Notes: generated by a model from the letters alone, not told the origin. 64,000 nucleotides of DNA from the human T2T-CHM13v2.0 reference genome, Homo sapiens (GCF_009914755.1 NC_060936.1), one strand, 5' to 3'; shown: positions 40,673-58,390, numbered from the stretch's first letter. Translations and numbers: made by a program.

Positions 40673-41245
40673 TTAATTACACACGTAAGACATATCCATT
40701 CTAGAAAAACACTTACAAAATACATGTAAACAAGAACAAACAAATTACTTTTTTTTTTTTTTTTTTTTTTTTTATGAGACAGGGTCTTGCTCTGTTTCCC
40801 AGGCTGGAATGCAGCAATGGTTTGATCTCAGCTCAATGCAGCCTCAACTTCCTAGGCTCAATCAATCCTCTCATCTCAGCCTCCCGAGTAGCAGGGAATA
40901 CAGGTGCATGCCACCACACACCTGGCTATACAAAATCCTTTTTTTTTTTTTTTTTGAGACAGAGTCTTGCTCTGTCACCCAGGCTGGAGTGCAGTGGCAT
41001 GATCTTGACTCACTGCAACCTCCTCCTCCTGGGTTCTAGCAATTCTGATGTCTTAGCCCCCACCTCCCGAGTAGCTGGAATTACAGGTGCGCGCCACCAT
41101 GCTCAGCTAATTTTTGTATTTTTAGTAGAGGCAGTGTTTTGCCATGTTGGCCAGGCTGGTCTCAAACTCCTGGCCTCAAGCAATCCACCCACCTCAACCT
41201 CCTCAAGTGCTGGGATTACAGGCATGAGCCAATGTGCCCGGCTGA

Positions 41246-41550
<305 letters not shown>

Positions 41551-41553
41551 TGA

Positions 41554-41802
<249 letters not shown>

Positions 41803-42323
41803 TGATCTGCCCACCTCAGCCCCCCAAATTGCTGGGATTACAGGCATGAGCCACCGTGTCCAGCTTACATATATTTTTATAAATTACTTATAACACTGTT
41901 TACCACATGGTAGGCATCCAATGAATATTTGTTGAATGAATAAATCTTTCAATGTCAATAAATACAAATTTATATCATCGTAGTATTTTATCGGGAAAAT
42001 CAATTATGGTACATGAAAATAATCTGGTTTTTGATATTTTGGTTATTTCTAATATTCCATTTAAAAAATGCTACAATGAATATCTTGGTGCATAGAGCTT
42101 TGCATACTGGTCCAATTATTTCCTTAGCATAAAACCTTAGAAGTAGGCTGGGTGCGGTAGCTCACGCCTGTAATCCCAGCACTCTGGGAGGCCAAGGAGG
42201 GCAGATCACTTGAGGCTAGAAGTTTGAGACCAGCCTGGCCAACATGGTGAAACCCCATCTCGACTAAAAGTACAAAAAAATAAGCCGGGCGCAGTGGCAG
42301 GTGCCTGTAATCCCAGCTACTCA

Positions 42324-42461
<138 letters not shown>

Positions 42462-42688
42462 TTAGAAGTGGAAATGACAGGCACTTTTAAGTTCTTTGAG
42501 ATATATTACTAAATTACCCTATATAAATGTACCAAGTACTTTCATACCAGAACTCTGTGCTTTTCTTCCTCTAACACTGAAGTATCTTTGCTTATATAAT
42601 TGGTGAAAGTAGTACCTTAACTGCTTTAAATTTAATTTCAATGACTAGATTGAAATGTTTTCATGTTTTTGGGCCATGCTTTCTGTGA

Positions 42689-42973
<285 letters not shown>

Positions 42974-44569
42974 TGATACGCCTGCTTCAGCCTCCCAAAG
43001 TGCTGGGATTACAAGTATAAAGATAAACAGCACCCAACTGGGAGGTTTATCTTATTGATCCCGAAATACTTTCAATTTGTCTCAATCCTTTCATGAGGTA
43101 ATGCACTTTTTGTCTACATAGACGCTCAGGCCACATGTGGACTTTTATTTGAAGTGAATAAGCAGAAATTACATAGAATTACAATAAAAGATCATTATTC
43201 CTGTGATTTTAACTGGCCAGTCTCACCAATTATTTTCATGACCGCCACAGGGAGTCGGGCATGGGGATATAGATCCTGCAGTATCCCCCAAAAATATTCC
43301 CATCGTGGCCTGCAATTCCTGAGACTGAGAGAGGAGTGATATAAGATGAGCTAGAATTACATGGAAAGAGCAAAGGAGAATGGTTATATTAGAAAAAGAA
43401 TTCACTCTACCTCCTCTGGGTTGCAAGAGGAAGCTCAGAAAGCAGTTCTGAGCCCCATAACTTATTTATGGGCTTACCGAAACCCCAATCACTCTCATAC
43501 CACAAAACAACGTGCACCATCCAATTTACTTGAAGGAAAGTTTCAGAAGCAGATACAAGAGAAAGAAAAGAGTAACTGGAGACTCATGATAAAGCTGCCT
43601 TCTCTGCAGCTGGCCAAACTTAATTTCACAAGTATGAGTCTAACTTGTCTAATTAAAAATGTGACAGTCATCAGCCCAGTAAGTATATATATATCCACAC
43701 GGTTGATGTTCTAAAACTAGAAAGATCTAAGGCAAGATGAAGAAAGGGGTAAAGGACTGACTTAAAAAAAAAAGGCAGCTACCTTCTAGTTGTGTACTAA
43801 AAGGCTTCCTAACACAGCCTGGCTGTTGAAGCCAAACAATGATTGGGTCAGCAGGTTTTTCACATAAGCCCAGAGGTGAAAGGGAGATGAAGATGGAATT
43901 ATTAATATAGACCCAAAGAGCATGGTTACTTTTTAGGGTCTTACTCCCAGAAAAAAAAGACACAAAATTCTAACAAATGGCCTTGAACAAAGTTACAAGG
44001 CTAAAGAATTGAGCCACAAGGCACTGTGACTCACACCTGTAATTCCAACACTTTGGGAGGCCAAGGCAGGAAGATCACTTGAGGCCAGGAGTTCAAGATC
44101 AGCCTGGGCAACACAACATAGAAAGATTCCATCTCTAAGAAACAAGAATTAAAATAATTAGCTGGATGAGGTGGTGTGCACCTGTAGTCCCAGCTACTAG
44201 GCAGGTTGAGGTGGAGTTCAAGGCTGCAGTGAGCTATGATTGTGCCACCGCACTCCATCCTGGGCAACAGTGAGACCCCATCTCTTAAAAAAATAAAAAA
44301 TACGCTGGGTGTGGTAATCCCAACACTGTGACACTGAAGTGGGAGGACTGCTTGAGCCCAGAAATTTGAGACTAGCCTGGGCAACAGAGTGAGATTCCAT
44401 CTCTACAAAAAGATATTTTAATTAGCTGTGTGGTAGCACGCTCCTATAGTCTCAGCTACTCAGGAGGCTGAGGTGGGAGGATCACTTGAGCCCAGAAGGT
44501 TGAGGCTGCAGTTTGCTGTGATTGCACCACTACATTCCAGCCCTGGTGATACAGCGAGACCCTGTCTCA

Positions 44570-44884
<315 letters not shown>

Positions 44885-45077
44885 TTAAAAATAAATTAAA
44901 AATTAAAAATTAAAAAAAAAAAAAGAATTGAACCAAGACTAAGGTTTTTGAAAAGTAGTTTTCTATTCTAATAGTAAAAAAAAATAATTTCGCCAGGCAT
45001 GGTGGCTCACATCTATAATCCTAGCACTTTGGGAGGCTGAGGCAGGCGGATCACCTGAGGCCAGGAGTTCAAGACTA

Positions 45078-45305
<228 letters not shown>

Positions 45306-46501
45306 TCATTCATTACCAGATGCTTCTCTTATCCAAGGCACCAGGAAAGGAAGAGAAGTGATGTTAAGGAGGTGCCAGTGCCACGAAGAGGGAAGAAACA
45401 AGCGAGAGACAGACTTGCAACATTCCCAGGGGAAGCAACCAGCTAGCCCTTTCGACCTCAGAAAACATGGGCGGTGCTTCCCAGACATGGGAAGAAACCA
45501 GCTGGCAAAGGCGCCGTGGAACCCATCAGTCAGGGCCCATCCACCCCTCAGTTTACACAGCCATGTAAGAGACTGTAAAATGCTAACATGTTTGCTATAG
45601 GGAAGTATGTCTAGACTTCTGAAAGGAGTGGAAACCACCCAAAAATCTTTAGGCTGCAATTAGGGAATGTTGAGTGTTATGATGCAATCTAACAGTAACA
45701 GGTATCACAAAGAGGAAGAGAAAAATATGATCAAGGAAACATCTGGATTGCCACAGCAGTGTTTACTGAGATGGAGGGCTTTAGATAAAATAGTTTTCCC
45801 TGACTCTTTCCCATGAAAGAAGATATTTTGAATAAAGGGAAGATAAAGCCTACAGTAGCAGAAGAGATACTTTAATTGATCCCTTATAAAGAGAATCTCG
45901 TCAAATTACTTGAGCTGTAAGTCATCAAGATTATGTCCCATTCCCACTGCTCTTCTTTGGAGTCAACCAGGTTTCGGTTGGAGACCTGCCTCTGACATTT
46001 ACAGGTGTTGGATACAGGATTTAGCTCCCAGGACCTCAGTCTTTAGTTCTGTGAAATAGGGATAACAACAAACCTGAGCCCATGAAGTGGATTCTATGAG
46101 ACAGTACCCATAAAATAGGCACAGGGACTGGCACAGAACAAATTTACAACCAACATTAGTTATTATGATTTCAGATATACTTCTATTATACTCTCCTCTC
46201 TCCTAAAACACACAAACCTCTGCTACCTTAAATGTCAAAGAATCCTATTTATTTCCTTAGTTACATGAAACTGGCTGACCTCTTAGAATTCCCTTCATTG
46301 ATGCCAAAAAAAGACCTCAAATTCAACCAACTTTGCAGACTCCACCCTTGGTCCCCTTCCACTGGTGGGATTTCACTCTTTCAGCCACAGTGTCGAGCAG
46401 ACCTGTCCAACACGTGTCCAGTGCTTTCCTCAAGCATTAGAGGAAAGAAATGGTAGAGCCTCCATTGCTCCAGAAGCACGTGGGCCCGGCCACCTGCCTA
46501 C

Positions 46502-46637
46502 CTGCTCCGCGTGTAGCTCTGCGAGGTGGCAGAGTGCGACAGCAAAGGACTCTGTGTTGTTCTGCTGCACGCCCGCATTCACCGCCTCCAGGCTGTTCAT
46601 GCTCAGCAACATCTGGGCCTGTTGCAGTGCCATGGTG
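46502..46637 (-). CDS. ANAPC5: ANAPC5 coding exon 11 (TMALQQAQMLL...LAELHAEQ)
   Basis: 136 nt, cccag acceptor, GTAGGC donor; inside ORF 46430..46738. Confidence 0.96.
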
Positions 46638-47721
46638 CTGGGTGGGGAGAGGGAACAGGATTTCCTTTCAGCAGCAGACCTGGCTGCGCTTTGGCCATGC
46701 CCGTCAGCTATCTTGAGTGGAGGCGTAAAGTCATACACCTCACAGGCTCTGGCTTTCTTGGGAGCAGATGCCTCCCAGTGCCAGCAACCTTGCCCTCAGG
46801 ATAAGAAAGGCAGAAAAGCATCCTGGATGTGCAGCGCGAGGAGACACGTAGTGGTTAGGGCACAGCTGGGAGTACACGCTCCCAGATCCCCCCGCCCCCA
46901 CCCCATGTTCCCTGCAGTCATAGTATGTTAATTAGTTTTCACGGGTGAATTCAGACCCGATGCCATCCTGGCACAGACTGCTCTGGCAATGTAAGCAGTG
47001 GCCAGTGTCTGCAGCTGTTTCAGAGCACACCGTGCCAAAAAATTATCTGAAATACAAAAACAAGACTGGTAAAAAAGGCACTTCCTTTCATTACTGAATT
47101 CCTAGAAACAGACTGTCTAAGTGAGGGGTGAGGTAGCGACAGAACTCCAGGATTAAAATGCGGCAACAAAGTTTACTTCCAGGCTAAAAGTGGCTAAATG
47201 TGAAAGTACACAATAAGATGAAAATATTCCACAGAAAACACCTCAGTTAACAGAAAAGCAACTTTCTTTTACACAATAGTTTTGGGGTTCAGGTGACACT
47301 CAACTAGAGCAACCATGGATCATGCCTCCTATAAACAGGAAGGTTCCTGTCACAGAGCAGAGGAGCCCGGTGCTTGGAGTCAGATGACGTGGGTTTGAGT
47401 CCTTTCTCTGTCACTTGTTAACTGCGTTTGCGATCGCGGGTAGATCAGATGTGTGAACCCTGGTTTACTCTCCCAGCATGGAGATCACCCACCCATTACC
47501 TCACAAAGTGGTTGGGAGGAGTAAGAAGGAACATGCATGGGAAAAAAGTTTTCAGTCTGTGCAAAATACAAAATGTTTTATAGTCTAAAACATAGTCCCC
47601 TGCAGGAACAACATCTATCCAAGGCAGGTAAATCTTGTATGTATGGCCTTTCACAGAACCAGCTTGCTAGCTCCTGCTTCTCTCTAAAGAATTCACACCC
47701 CCAGGGCCTTGGGAGACCTAC

Positions 47722-47903
47722 CTGCGGCCATACAGCCTCCAGATGGCCGTTTTCTGTGCGATGCTGATATCGATGAGCTCTGACAGGCTGTGTTTCCAGT
47801 GCAGGAGGTCGGAGTCCTTTAGGGCATCCATCAGCTTGTTTGCCGTCTTCCCAGCAAAAGCTCTCTGTTGAACAAGGGACTGTATTCCCAGGGAGGCGAG
47901 GTA
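47722..47903 (-). CDS. ANAPC5: ANAPC5 coding exon 10 (YLASLGIQSLVQQ...IWRLYGR)
   Basis: 182 nt, ccccttag acceptor, GTAGGT donor. Confidence 0.96.
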
Positions 47904-48449
47904 CTAAGGGGACAGATATACCCACGACCCAAGATAGAGATTACATGACAGAATTTGTTTTGCTCTTCAGAAATGTGGTGGATTTCACATTTCAGCACAT
48001 GCACAGTGACAGCACTATTTAAAAGGAAAGTACCTATAACCTGGCCTTAACCCTGAGCCATACGAGATGTGTTCCTGAAAAACTGGGTCTGGGAGAGAGG
48101 CAGAGGGTACACGGGAAAGAGCCAGCAGGGCTTTAGCATTAGATGGACCTGGACTTAAACACTGCCTCTGCTACTTACTGTGTGACTTAGGGCCAGTCAC
48201 TTAGCTTCTTAGCTAAGCCTCAGCTTCCTCATCTGTAAAATGGGCATCAAACCTATCATAAAGAATTATCGTAAGGATTACAATGAAATAATAGATGTCA
48301 AACAGTGCTGCGCACATATGTAATAGGAGATCAAAAAAGGATGCCTATCATGAGCAACAAAATTATCTTGTCATTAGCTTTTGGTGTCATCTTCAAGGAT
48401 GAAAGCTCAACTAAAAAATGCCAGCTTAAATTCATGGCAAAAATTGTAG

Positions 48450-48890
<441 letters not shown>

Positions 48891-48991
48891 TAATTACTTT
48901 CCATTTTACTGAAGTCTGTCACAAACTTCATAAGACAGAATGCTTAAGCAATCCCACTGCCTATGGTCTAGTTTTCAATGGGTGTTTCTGA

Positions 48992-49450
<459 letters not shown>

Positions 49451-49455
49451 TAAAA

Positions 49456-49665
49456 CAAGGATCAGCAAACTTGTTGTGTAAAGGGCCAGAGAGTAAATAA
49501 TTTCGATTTTTCAGGCCACACTTGGTTTCTGTCACGTATTTCTTCTCTGTTGTTGATTTTTTTTTTCTGCAATCACTTAAAAATGTAAAATCCACTCAGC
49601 CTGAAGCCCCTAAGTAGGCAGAAAGCCAGATTTGGCCCAAGGGCGGGAAAGTTCACCAATCCCTG
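49456..49665. mobile_element. MER58 (C-like) hAT element
   Basis: caaggatcagcaaact...gtaaagggccagagagtaaata...ccaatccctg termini. Confidence 0.65.
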
Positions 49666-49988
49666 GTTTAAAAATAAGCCTTTGCTAAAATTTTTCTAAG
49701 TGACTATGTGCTAAATTAATGTTGCTCAATAAACTAAACAATGATCTCTTATCAAATTGGTAAAGGGAATTTCCACAGATGTTATTAGGATACAGGGAAC
49801 AGAGAGAAACCTACCACACAGAATTTAGTGGTCTGATTAATAATTAAAGTCATATGAAACTGCCAAGAATAAAACCACACTTTGAAACCCATTCTAAATC
49901 TATCGCTGGTTAATGACAGAGGTGGGCAGAAAAAGAGACAAAGGCTCGACCATTTATGGAAACAATCTCACAGAAAGATGAGCCTTAC

Positions 49989-50078
49989 CGGTAACCCAAA
50001 ATGTACTGCCTTCTTCACAGAATGCTCCAGCAGAACATAGCTATCGGATCTCTTCTGCCCCAGCACATAAAGCCAGCT
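49989..50078 (-). CDS. ANAPC5: ANAPC5 coding exon 9 (SWLYVLGQKRSD...VHFGLP)
   Basis: 90 nt, gccag acceptor, GTAAGG donor. Confidence 0.95.
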
Positions 50079-50752
50079 CTGGCAAGAGAAATCATCAAAA
50101 TATATCATAACAGTGGCAATGGCTGATGTTCTAGTGAAATATCAATGTGGTCATAAGAAAGAATTTAAAAGGGACAAAATGAATCCTCTCAAATACTCTT
50201 TCAAGAAATATCAAGAATCTCAATGAGACCTGTCAAACATATCAACATCATTAAAACCAGGCTGAAATAAATGAGTCATTGTTCTGCTTCACCTGACAGC
50301 CACTGAGTGGCAGGTGTTTCAGAAAAAAAGCATGAAGCTCCCATATGGCCTTCAATTGAGAAATAAGATTCTCAGGTGCTTGTCAAGTAGCTTCTGTGTT
50401 CCACTGCCCTGGTGATTTTGCTATTACAGGACAACATCTCACCCAGTTACTAAGTGTAGTATACATCTTTTGTTAATGCCAGTGCTAAATGTGATAAAGG
50501 TTTCTCTTCTTTCATGGCAAGTTGCATTAAACTTTGTAGAGCAGATATATGCCAAAAGCAAAACAGATGTCATGAATTAAGAAAGGTAAGTAAAGATAAG
50601 TTGCCCTTTCTGAATTCCCATGACCACCTAACTTGTTTCCTTTTGCTGCTGAAGATCTCTGCTCCAACTGCAAAACAACCCAATTCAACGGGGCCTTGTG
50701 AAGGCCAATTCAACCCGTGAACAAAACTCCCAAGACCAGAGGATGGCCTCAC

Positions 50753-50834
50753 CAAACAGTGCTGGAGACACACGTGATCGTTGGACTCCTGGGCAATCCT
50801 AATTGCCTCCTGCAGGGCGAGCTCTGCCTGTTGA
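50753..50834 (-). CDS. ANAPC5: ANAPC5 coding exon 8 (QQAELALQEAIRIAQESNDHVCLQHCL)
   Basis: 82 nt, cattag acceptor, GTGAGG donor; TPR-like helix. Confidence 0.95.
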
Positions 50835-51458
50835 CTAATGACAGACTAAACATTAATATCCCATTAATAATCACAAACATGCATAAGCAACCATAGCAGG
50901 AAGTCATCTGTACACAGTCATCCAAATGCAGGTCTCTGGGTTGGAAGCTGTAACTATTTCTGGGCTTATTCTCTCAGAGGCGTGCCCCAACCCTAGCAGC
51001 AGAAAACACTGACAGTGGAAATATAGGACATGTCTCTTCTAAGGGGAATTGCTACGAAAAGGGCATAAAGCAAAGGCTTTTATCTCCGCTTCTAAGATGT
51101 TTATTTTAAAGGTCCACTGCTGAGGGGAAGGGCAAGGAGAGGATATAATATTTTACTTTTCATGGCATTCTCTCCTACATTATTTGACCTTTTTTCTTAC
51201 TATGTGCATTTGTTACTTTTATCATTTTTTCAAAATCACTTTTATGTTTGTTTGTTTTTTAGAGACAGGGTCTCCCTCTGTCACCCAGGTTGGAGTACAG
51301 TGGCACAATCCTAGCTCACTGCAGCCTTGAATTCCTGGACTCAGGCGATGGACCTCAGCCTCCTGAGTAGCTGGGACTAAGGCACTCACCACCATGCTTG
51401 GTCGGCTAATTTTTTTAAAAATAGATATAGAGTCTCACTATGTTCCCCAGGCTGGTAA

Positions 51459-51740
<282 letters not shown>

Positions 51741-52225
51741 TAAGTTGGCAGAGATCAAGGAGGGCTGATCTGCTACCTTTCTATTTAACCAGAGATTTAC
51801 AAATTGAAGGAGTTGAGTGACCTGTATATGTATCTGGAGTAAGAGTGTTACTCAGGAAAACAAGAGCACTTCACCTTCACTTTCTAACCTCTTATCCTGG
51901 TCTATCACTATCTGAGATAGTACAACTATGCTTAGCGTTGTTTATTCCCTATTTCCCCTGATATAAGCTCTATAACAAGTTTTTTTTTTTTCTTTTTCAC
52001 TGCTGTATCCCTAGTACCTACAACAGTGCCTAGTACACAGTAAATGCTCAATAAACAACTACAAGGATTTTCAAGAAATCCTTTTAGCTAAGTGACAAAG
52101 ATTTACACAGGCCCATAGATCCAAGACCAGAAACAAAGAAGCCTGGGCCTGAGTAAATCAGGAATTAAGGAAAATGTACACATTAATAAAAATCTACCTC
52201 TCCTCATTTATATTCTGTGCAATTA

Positions 52226-52417
<192 letters not shown>

Positions 52418-52423
52418 TCATCA

Positions 52424-52739
<316 letters not shown>

Positions 52740-53383
52740 TTAATTAAATAAAGATTATTTGTATCCAGAAGGCTGTGTACAAATTTCTAACCCCCAGGGG
52801 AAGCAGTTCCTTACTAAGTTAAATAGGTTATTGGTAAATATTAAAAATGGCATTTCTATTATTTTTGAGTACATAAAAAAAGAAAGGCTCTGATCGAGAG
52901 GTTATTAAATGTGGGAAGACCAAAAGAAGTTAGTTATTACAAGATATCATGGAATGTTGCAAAAATCATGGAGTTTTGAGGAGCCTTAAATATTTTTGGG
53001 TACAACTATCAATCTGATGTTTGAATACCCTTAATAACATCTTTGGTCTAGGCCTCAGCACCTCACTGACACCTTCCTCAGAGGGTTCAATAAGGGGAAA
53101 CTGTTTCCTTATAATGAGCAGAAATATTTTGTCCTTTAACCTACACTTACTTACCAGCTCTCAATCTTCTCCCGTAGCCATACCCTCAATCAATCTAAGC
53201 TCTTTTCACATGACTTTTCACTACATGAAGATGTCAAACACATGCTTGGATAAGTCATTTTTTTCCAGGCTAAACATGTCTCACATCCCTCCCACATTAC
53301 TTATATGATATGGCTTTGAATGTCTCAACACCCTGAGACTGTTCCCTCCCCACACAAGCTTCAGCTTGTCTACATCCCTTTTA

Positions 53384-53527
<144 letters not shown>

Positions 53528-54339
53528 TTAAAAAAATTAGCTGGGCATTGTGGTGCATGCCTGTAGTCACAGCTAGGAGGCTGAGATGGACTGCTTGCTT
53601 GAGCCCATGAGTTTGAGGTTACAGTTAGCTATGATCATACTACTGCACTCCAGCCTGGGTGACTGAGTGAGACCTTGTCTCTTAAAAACAAAAACAAAAA
53701 CCTGACAACCAGAGATAAAAAGAATTCCCTAGGTGCTGCCTGACACAGAGAAAGGGATAGATGTCTCCATTATTGAACTGTGAACACTATGCTCCCATTA
53801 ATACACGCTATAGTCTGTATAGAAGGATGCCTGTAGCAAAGACCACACTTCTCTCAACTGGTAAAAAGCCACAGGGCAGGTGGGGGGGTGAAGGGATCTT
53901 TGAATTAGTAATTTCCCACCTTTCACCATTATTTACATTATTTCATTATTTCCAAGATAGCCTCCATGTTTTGAAAGTTGTTTTATCTACTTAATTCTAT
54001 TTACTAAAACATAATTGATCGATTTTCCTATTTCTATTCATTAAAAACAGAGGCACACTGAGGCAACAGTATAAACCAGTGTCACCTGACTGAGCAGCCT
54101 GAATTCTACCTGAAAGCAAACCTGACTTTTAGTAAGCCTATGTAGTCTTTCATCCAGTAAAGGTACAACTGCCTTCTGGCTTTTTGAAATACTAAAAATA
54201 GCTTCTGCATCCCCATTTTTACCTCCAAAAAATCCTTTAGGGACTCTCTGGCCTAATGACCTAATTTCTTTTTCACTGAACGGCCTGTTGTTCTTAGAAG
54301 TAATGAAAGAGGCTAGGCACTAAGACGGCAATGTTACAT

Positions 54340-54359
54340 AGTGACACTAGGGGGCAGAC
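54340..54359 (+). promoter_or_regulatory. Candidate CTCF site
   Basis: GTGACACTAGGGGGCAGAC matches the CCACYAGRGGGCAG core except at the first base, with an upstream GCAATG module. Confidence 0.6.
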
Positions 54360-54430
54360 TATTTAGGCAGAAGGTTTTCATAAACTGTTCCAGTGCCAAT
54401 AAGGTTCCCTCTATGGAAGTTACTGACTAG

Positions 54431-54926
<496 letters not shown>

Positions 54927-54935
54927 TAAACTTAC

Positions 54936-55126
54936 TAGTGACCGAAGCGGCAGTGCAGGGCGGCAAGATTCAGAGCGGCGTATCTCAAGCTCCGGCCATA
55001 GCCCTCTTCCCCATTACTTTTGCTTTCGGCTCCGGTAAGAATCAGACGATCAAAATAATGGAGGAGACTGTGTGTTGAACTGAAAACATCTTGGACACGG
55101 AGGTTGTTTAAGTAGCTGAGATAATG
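54936..55126 (-). CDS. ANAPC5: ANAPC5 coding exon 7 (HYLSYLNNLRVQD...LHCRFGH)
   Basis: 191 nt, ttttag acceptor, GTAAGT donor; phase continues from exon 6. Confidence 0.96.
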
Positions 55127-55794
55127 CTAAAACAAGAAATAATCAATGTATTTTAAACGCTGTAAATATCTCTGGTGTAAGACAACTGCAGAGAGTTCCA
55201 CTGTCTACAAACACTAGTGTATCCCATACCCTTCTAATAAGATGGTCATAGTTTAGCTTAATCTTCTCCCTAGAGGCAGAATAAAACAGCTTCAAGACAC
55301 ATTCCCCCTAGAGGGAGTCCACAAATTAAAAATGGGAGTTCCATTAGTATTTGTGTCAGTTTTATCTCAAATATACTCCACTATGCCACTGGTTACATGA
55401 GTGATAGATGAGAATACGGGGCCTTACCTAGTTCAAATATTGAGGAAAACTGAGTGTTCAGAATTAAAGATCCTAAAACCTGAATTCATATACAAATTAT
55501 AAAATTAAGTTTTATTAATGTACAAGTTAAAACACACTGAGACTTACTAGTTTACTAAGTTAATTATTTTCATTTTTTTTTTAATCACTGAAACTTCCCT
55601 AACAGGCAGATCTCAGTTACTAGGAAGCAAAATAGATATATTTCTGCACCCAAAGTCAGATGGAAAATCCAAATACTATTTAAGAAAATTTTCCGAGTAA
55701 AAAATCCATTAAGGAATGGAATTATTAGAACTTTAAAAATAAACACTGACAAAAGAAGAGAAAGGAAAAGAGTTTTTCAGCCTCAAAACTGTCA

Positions 55795-55932
<138 letters not shown>

Positions 55933-56403
55933 TTAGCTGAGCATTGTGGCGTGTGCCTGTACTCCCAGCTACTCGAGAGGCTGAGGCAGGAGAATCACTG
56001 AGAACCCGGGAGGCAGAGGTTGCAGTGAGCCAAGATCGCACCACTGCACGCCAGCCTGGGCAACAAGAGCGAAACTCAGTCTCCAAAACAAACAAACAAA
56101 CACTGTTTTTTCCATCAGTCTAGTATATTATCTCCAGTCCAAACTTTACAACATCAGGAGGATGATGACTGAAAGAGAACATCAAGAGTAAGAAGAAATC
56201 GCCTATGGCCCGAGGAGGGAGGGAGGAGCTTTGCAACCTATACCGAGTTGTTTGCCTACCAAGAACACGATTTCCTTCAAGAACCTGGGCCAATGGGCTG
56301 ATTCTCATTTGCACAGCTACTCAATATAAAAAGTAGCCTTGGCCAGGCGCAGTGGCTCACGCCTGTAATCCCAACACTTTGGGAGGCCGACGCGGGCAGA
56401 TCA

Positions 56404-56795
<392 letters not shown>

Positions 56796-57729
56796 CTGAA
56801 ATTTAAAAATGGTAACTCAGTAGAAAGAAAGGGTCAATAAACATATGAAAAGATATACTAACTAGCATCACCTGATTATTTTCTTTTCTACAGGGGTCCC
56901 TTCAGGCTCTGGCCCCTCATCTCGCCAGCCTTGGCTGGCCTTCCCTCACTCTAGGTAACACTGAAGGTGGACCCTGCCACATGCTCTCCTCTTGACCATC
57001 TACAACACTGTTTCCTCTTCCAGAAACACCAAGCCTCCCACCCATCGCTCCCCAGCCATATACTACCCAAAGCTGAGCAAACCGACGCCCATGCCTAGCT
57101 CATCCTCTGGGCCACCTGCTTCTGTCACCTTCTAGATGAAGGTGAGATCCTATAAGCCCCTCCATGCTCCCATAAGCCCTCTGCACTTACCCCTCCTGTG
57201 GCACTATCAAACTATAGTAAAATTGCCAATCTGACCCCACCCCAGACTGTAAGCTCCTTCCAGGCAGGTAATGTGTTTGCTTCTTGTATTTCCAGTGCCT
57301 GTATGGGGCCTTATGGGAGCCAGGTGGCTTGCCCCAGCTCTACTTATTTGTTTCATATGGACGATATCAGCAACAATTATATAAAATATGTAGAAAGTTA
57401 GCTACAAATTAAATGTTTACATTTAACTGGGTTATAGACACTTAACTCCAATTTTACCTAGATGAGTTTTTCTATAAGTAAAATAATTTCTAAGGGCAGG
57501 GTGTGGTGGTTGATGCCTGTAATCCCAGCACTTTGGGAGGCAGAGGCTGAGGCATGAGTATCGCTTGAGCCCAGGAGTTCAAGAACAACCTGGGCAATAT
57601 ACTGAGACCTCATCTCTATTTAAAAATAATAATTTCTTTAAAAAAAATTTTTTTAAAGTAAAAATAATTTCTAATTCCATTGTTAATTTATGTCATTATA
57701 GAAAATTATTGGCCAGGCGTGGTGGCTCA

Positions 57730-58053
<324 letters not shown>

Positions 58054-58181
58054 TTACTCCAAAAATATAGAAAACCTACAGAAGAAAACAAAAATCTTCT
58101 GCAATCTCACTACCCAGAAATAACGCTATTAATACTTTAGTGTATATTATCCTAGTCTTTGTTCTGTATGTGTGTATATAT

Positions 58182-58390
58182 GTTACATATCATATTCTGA
58201 TTTTGTTAAAAATATGTGTATACATATTATATAAATTTACAATATACCCTGTATTGTAAACATATATTGTGTATACATTACATTTTTAACAAAATCACAA
58301 TATATGTTTATAATACAGGGTGTATTCCAAATTTATATAATGTGTATATACACATTATATTTTTAACAAAATCAGAATATGATATGTAAC
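58182..58390. repeat. AT-rich inverted repeat (~90-bp arms, 24-nt spacer)
   Basis: The outer 34 bp are perfectly complementary (58182-58215 vs 58357-58390); the inner arms are nearly complementary. Confidence 0.92.
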
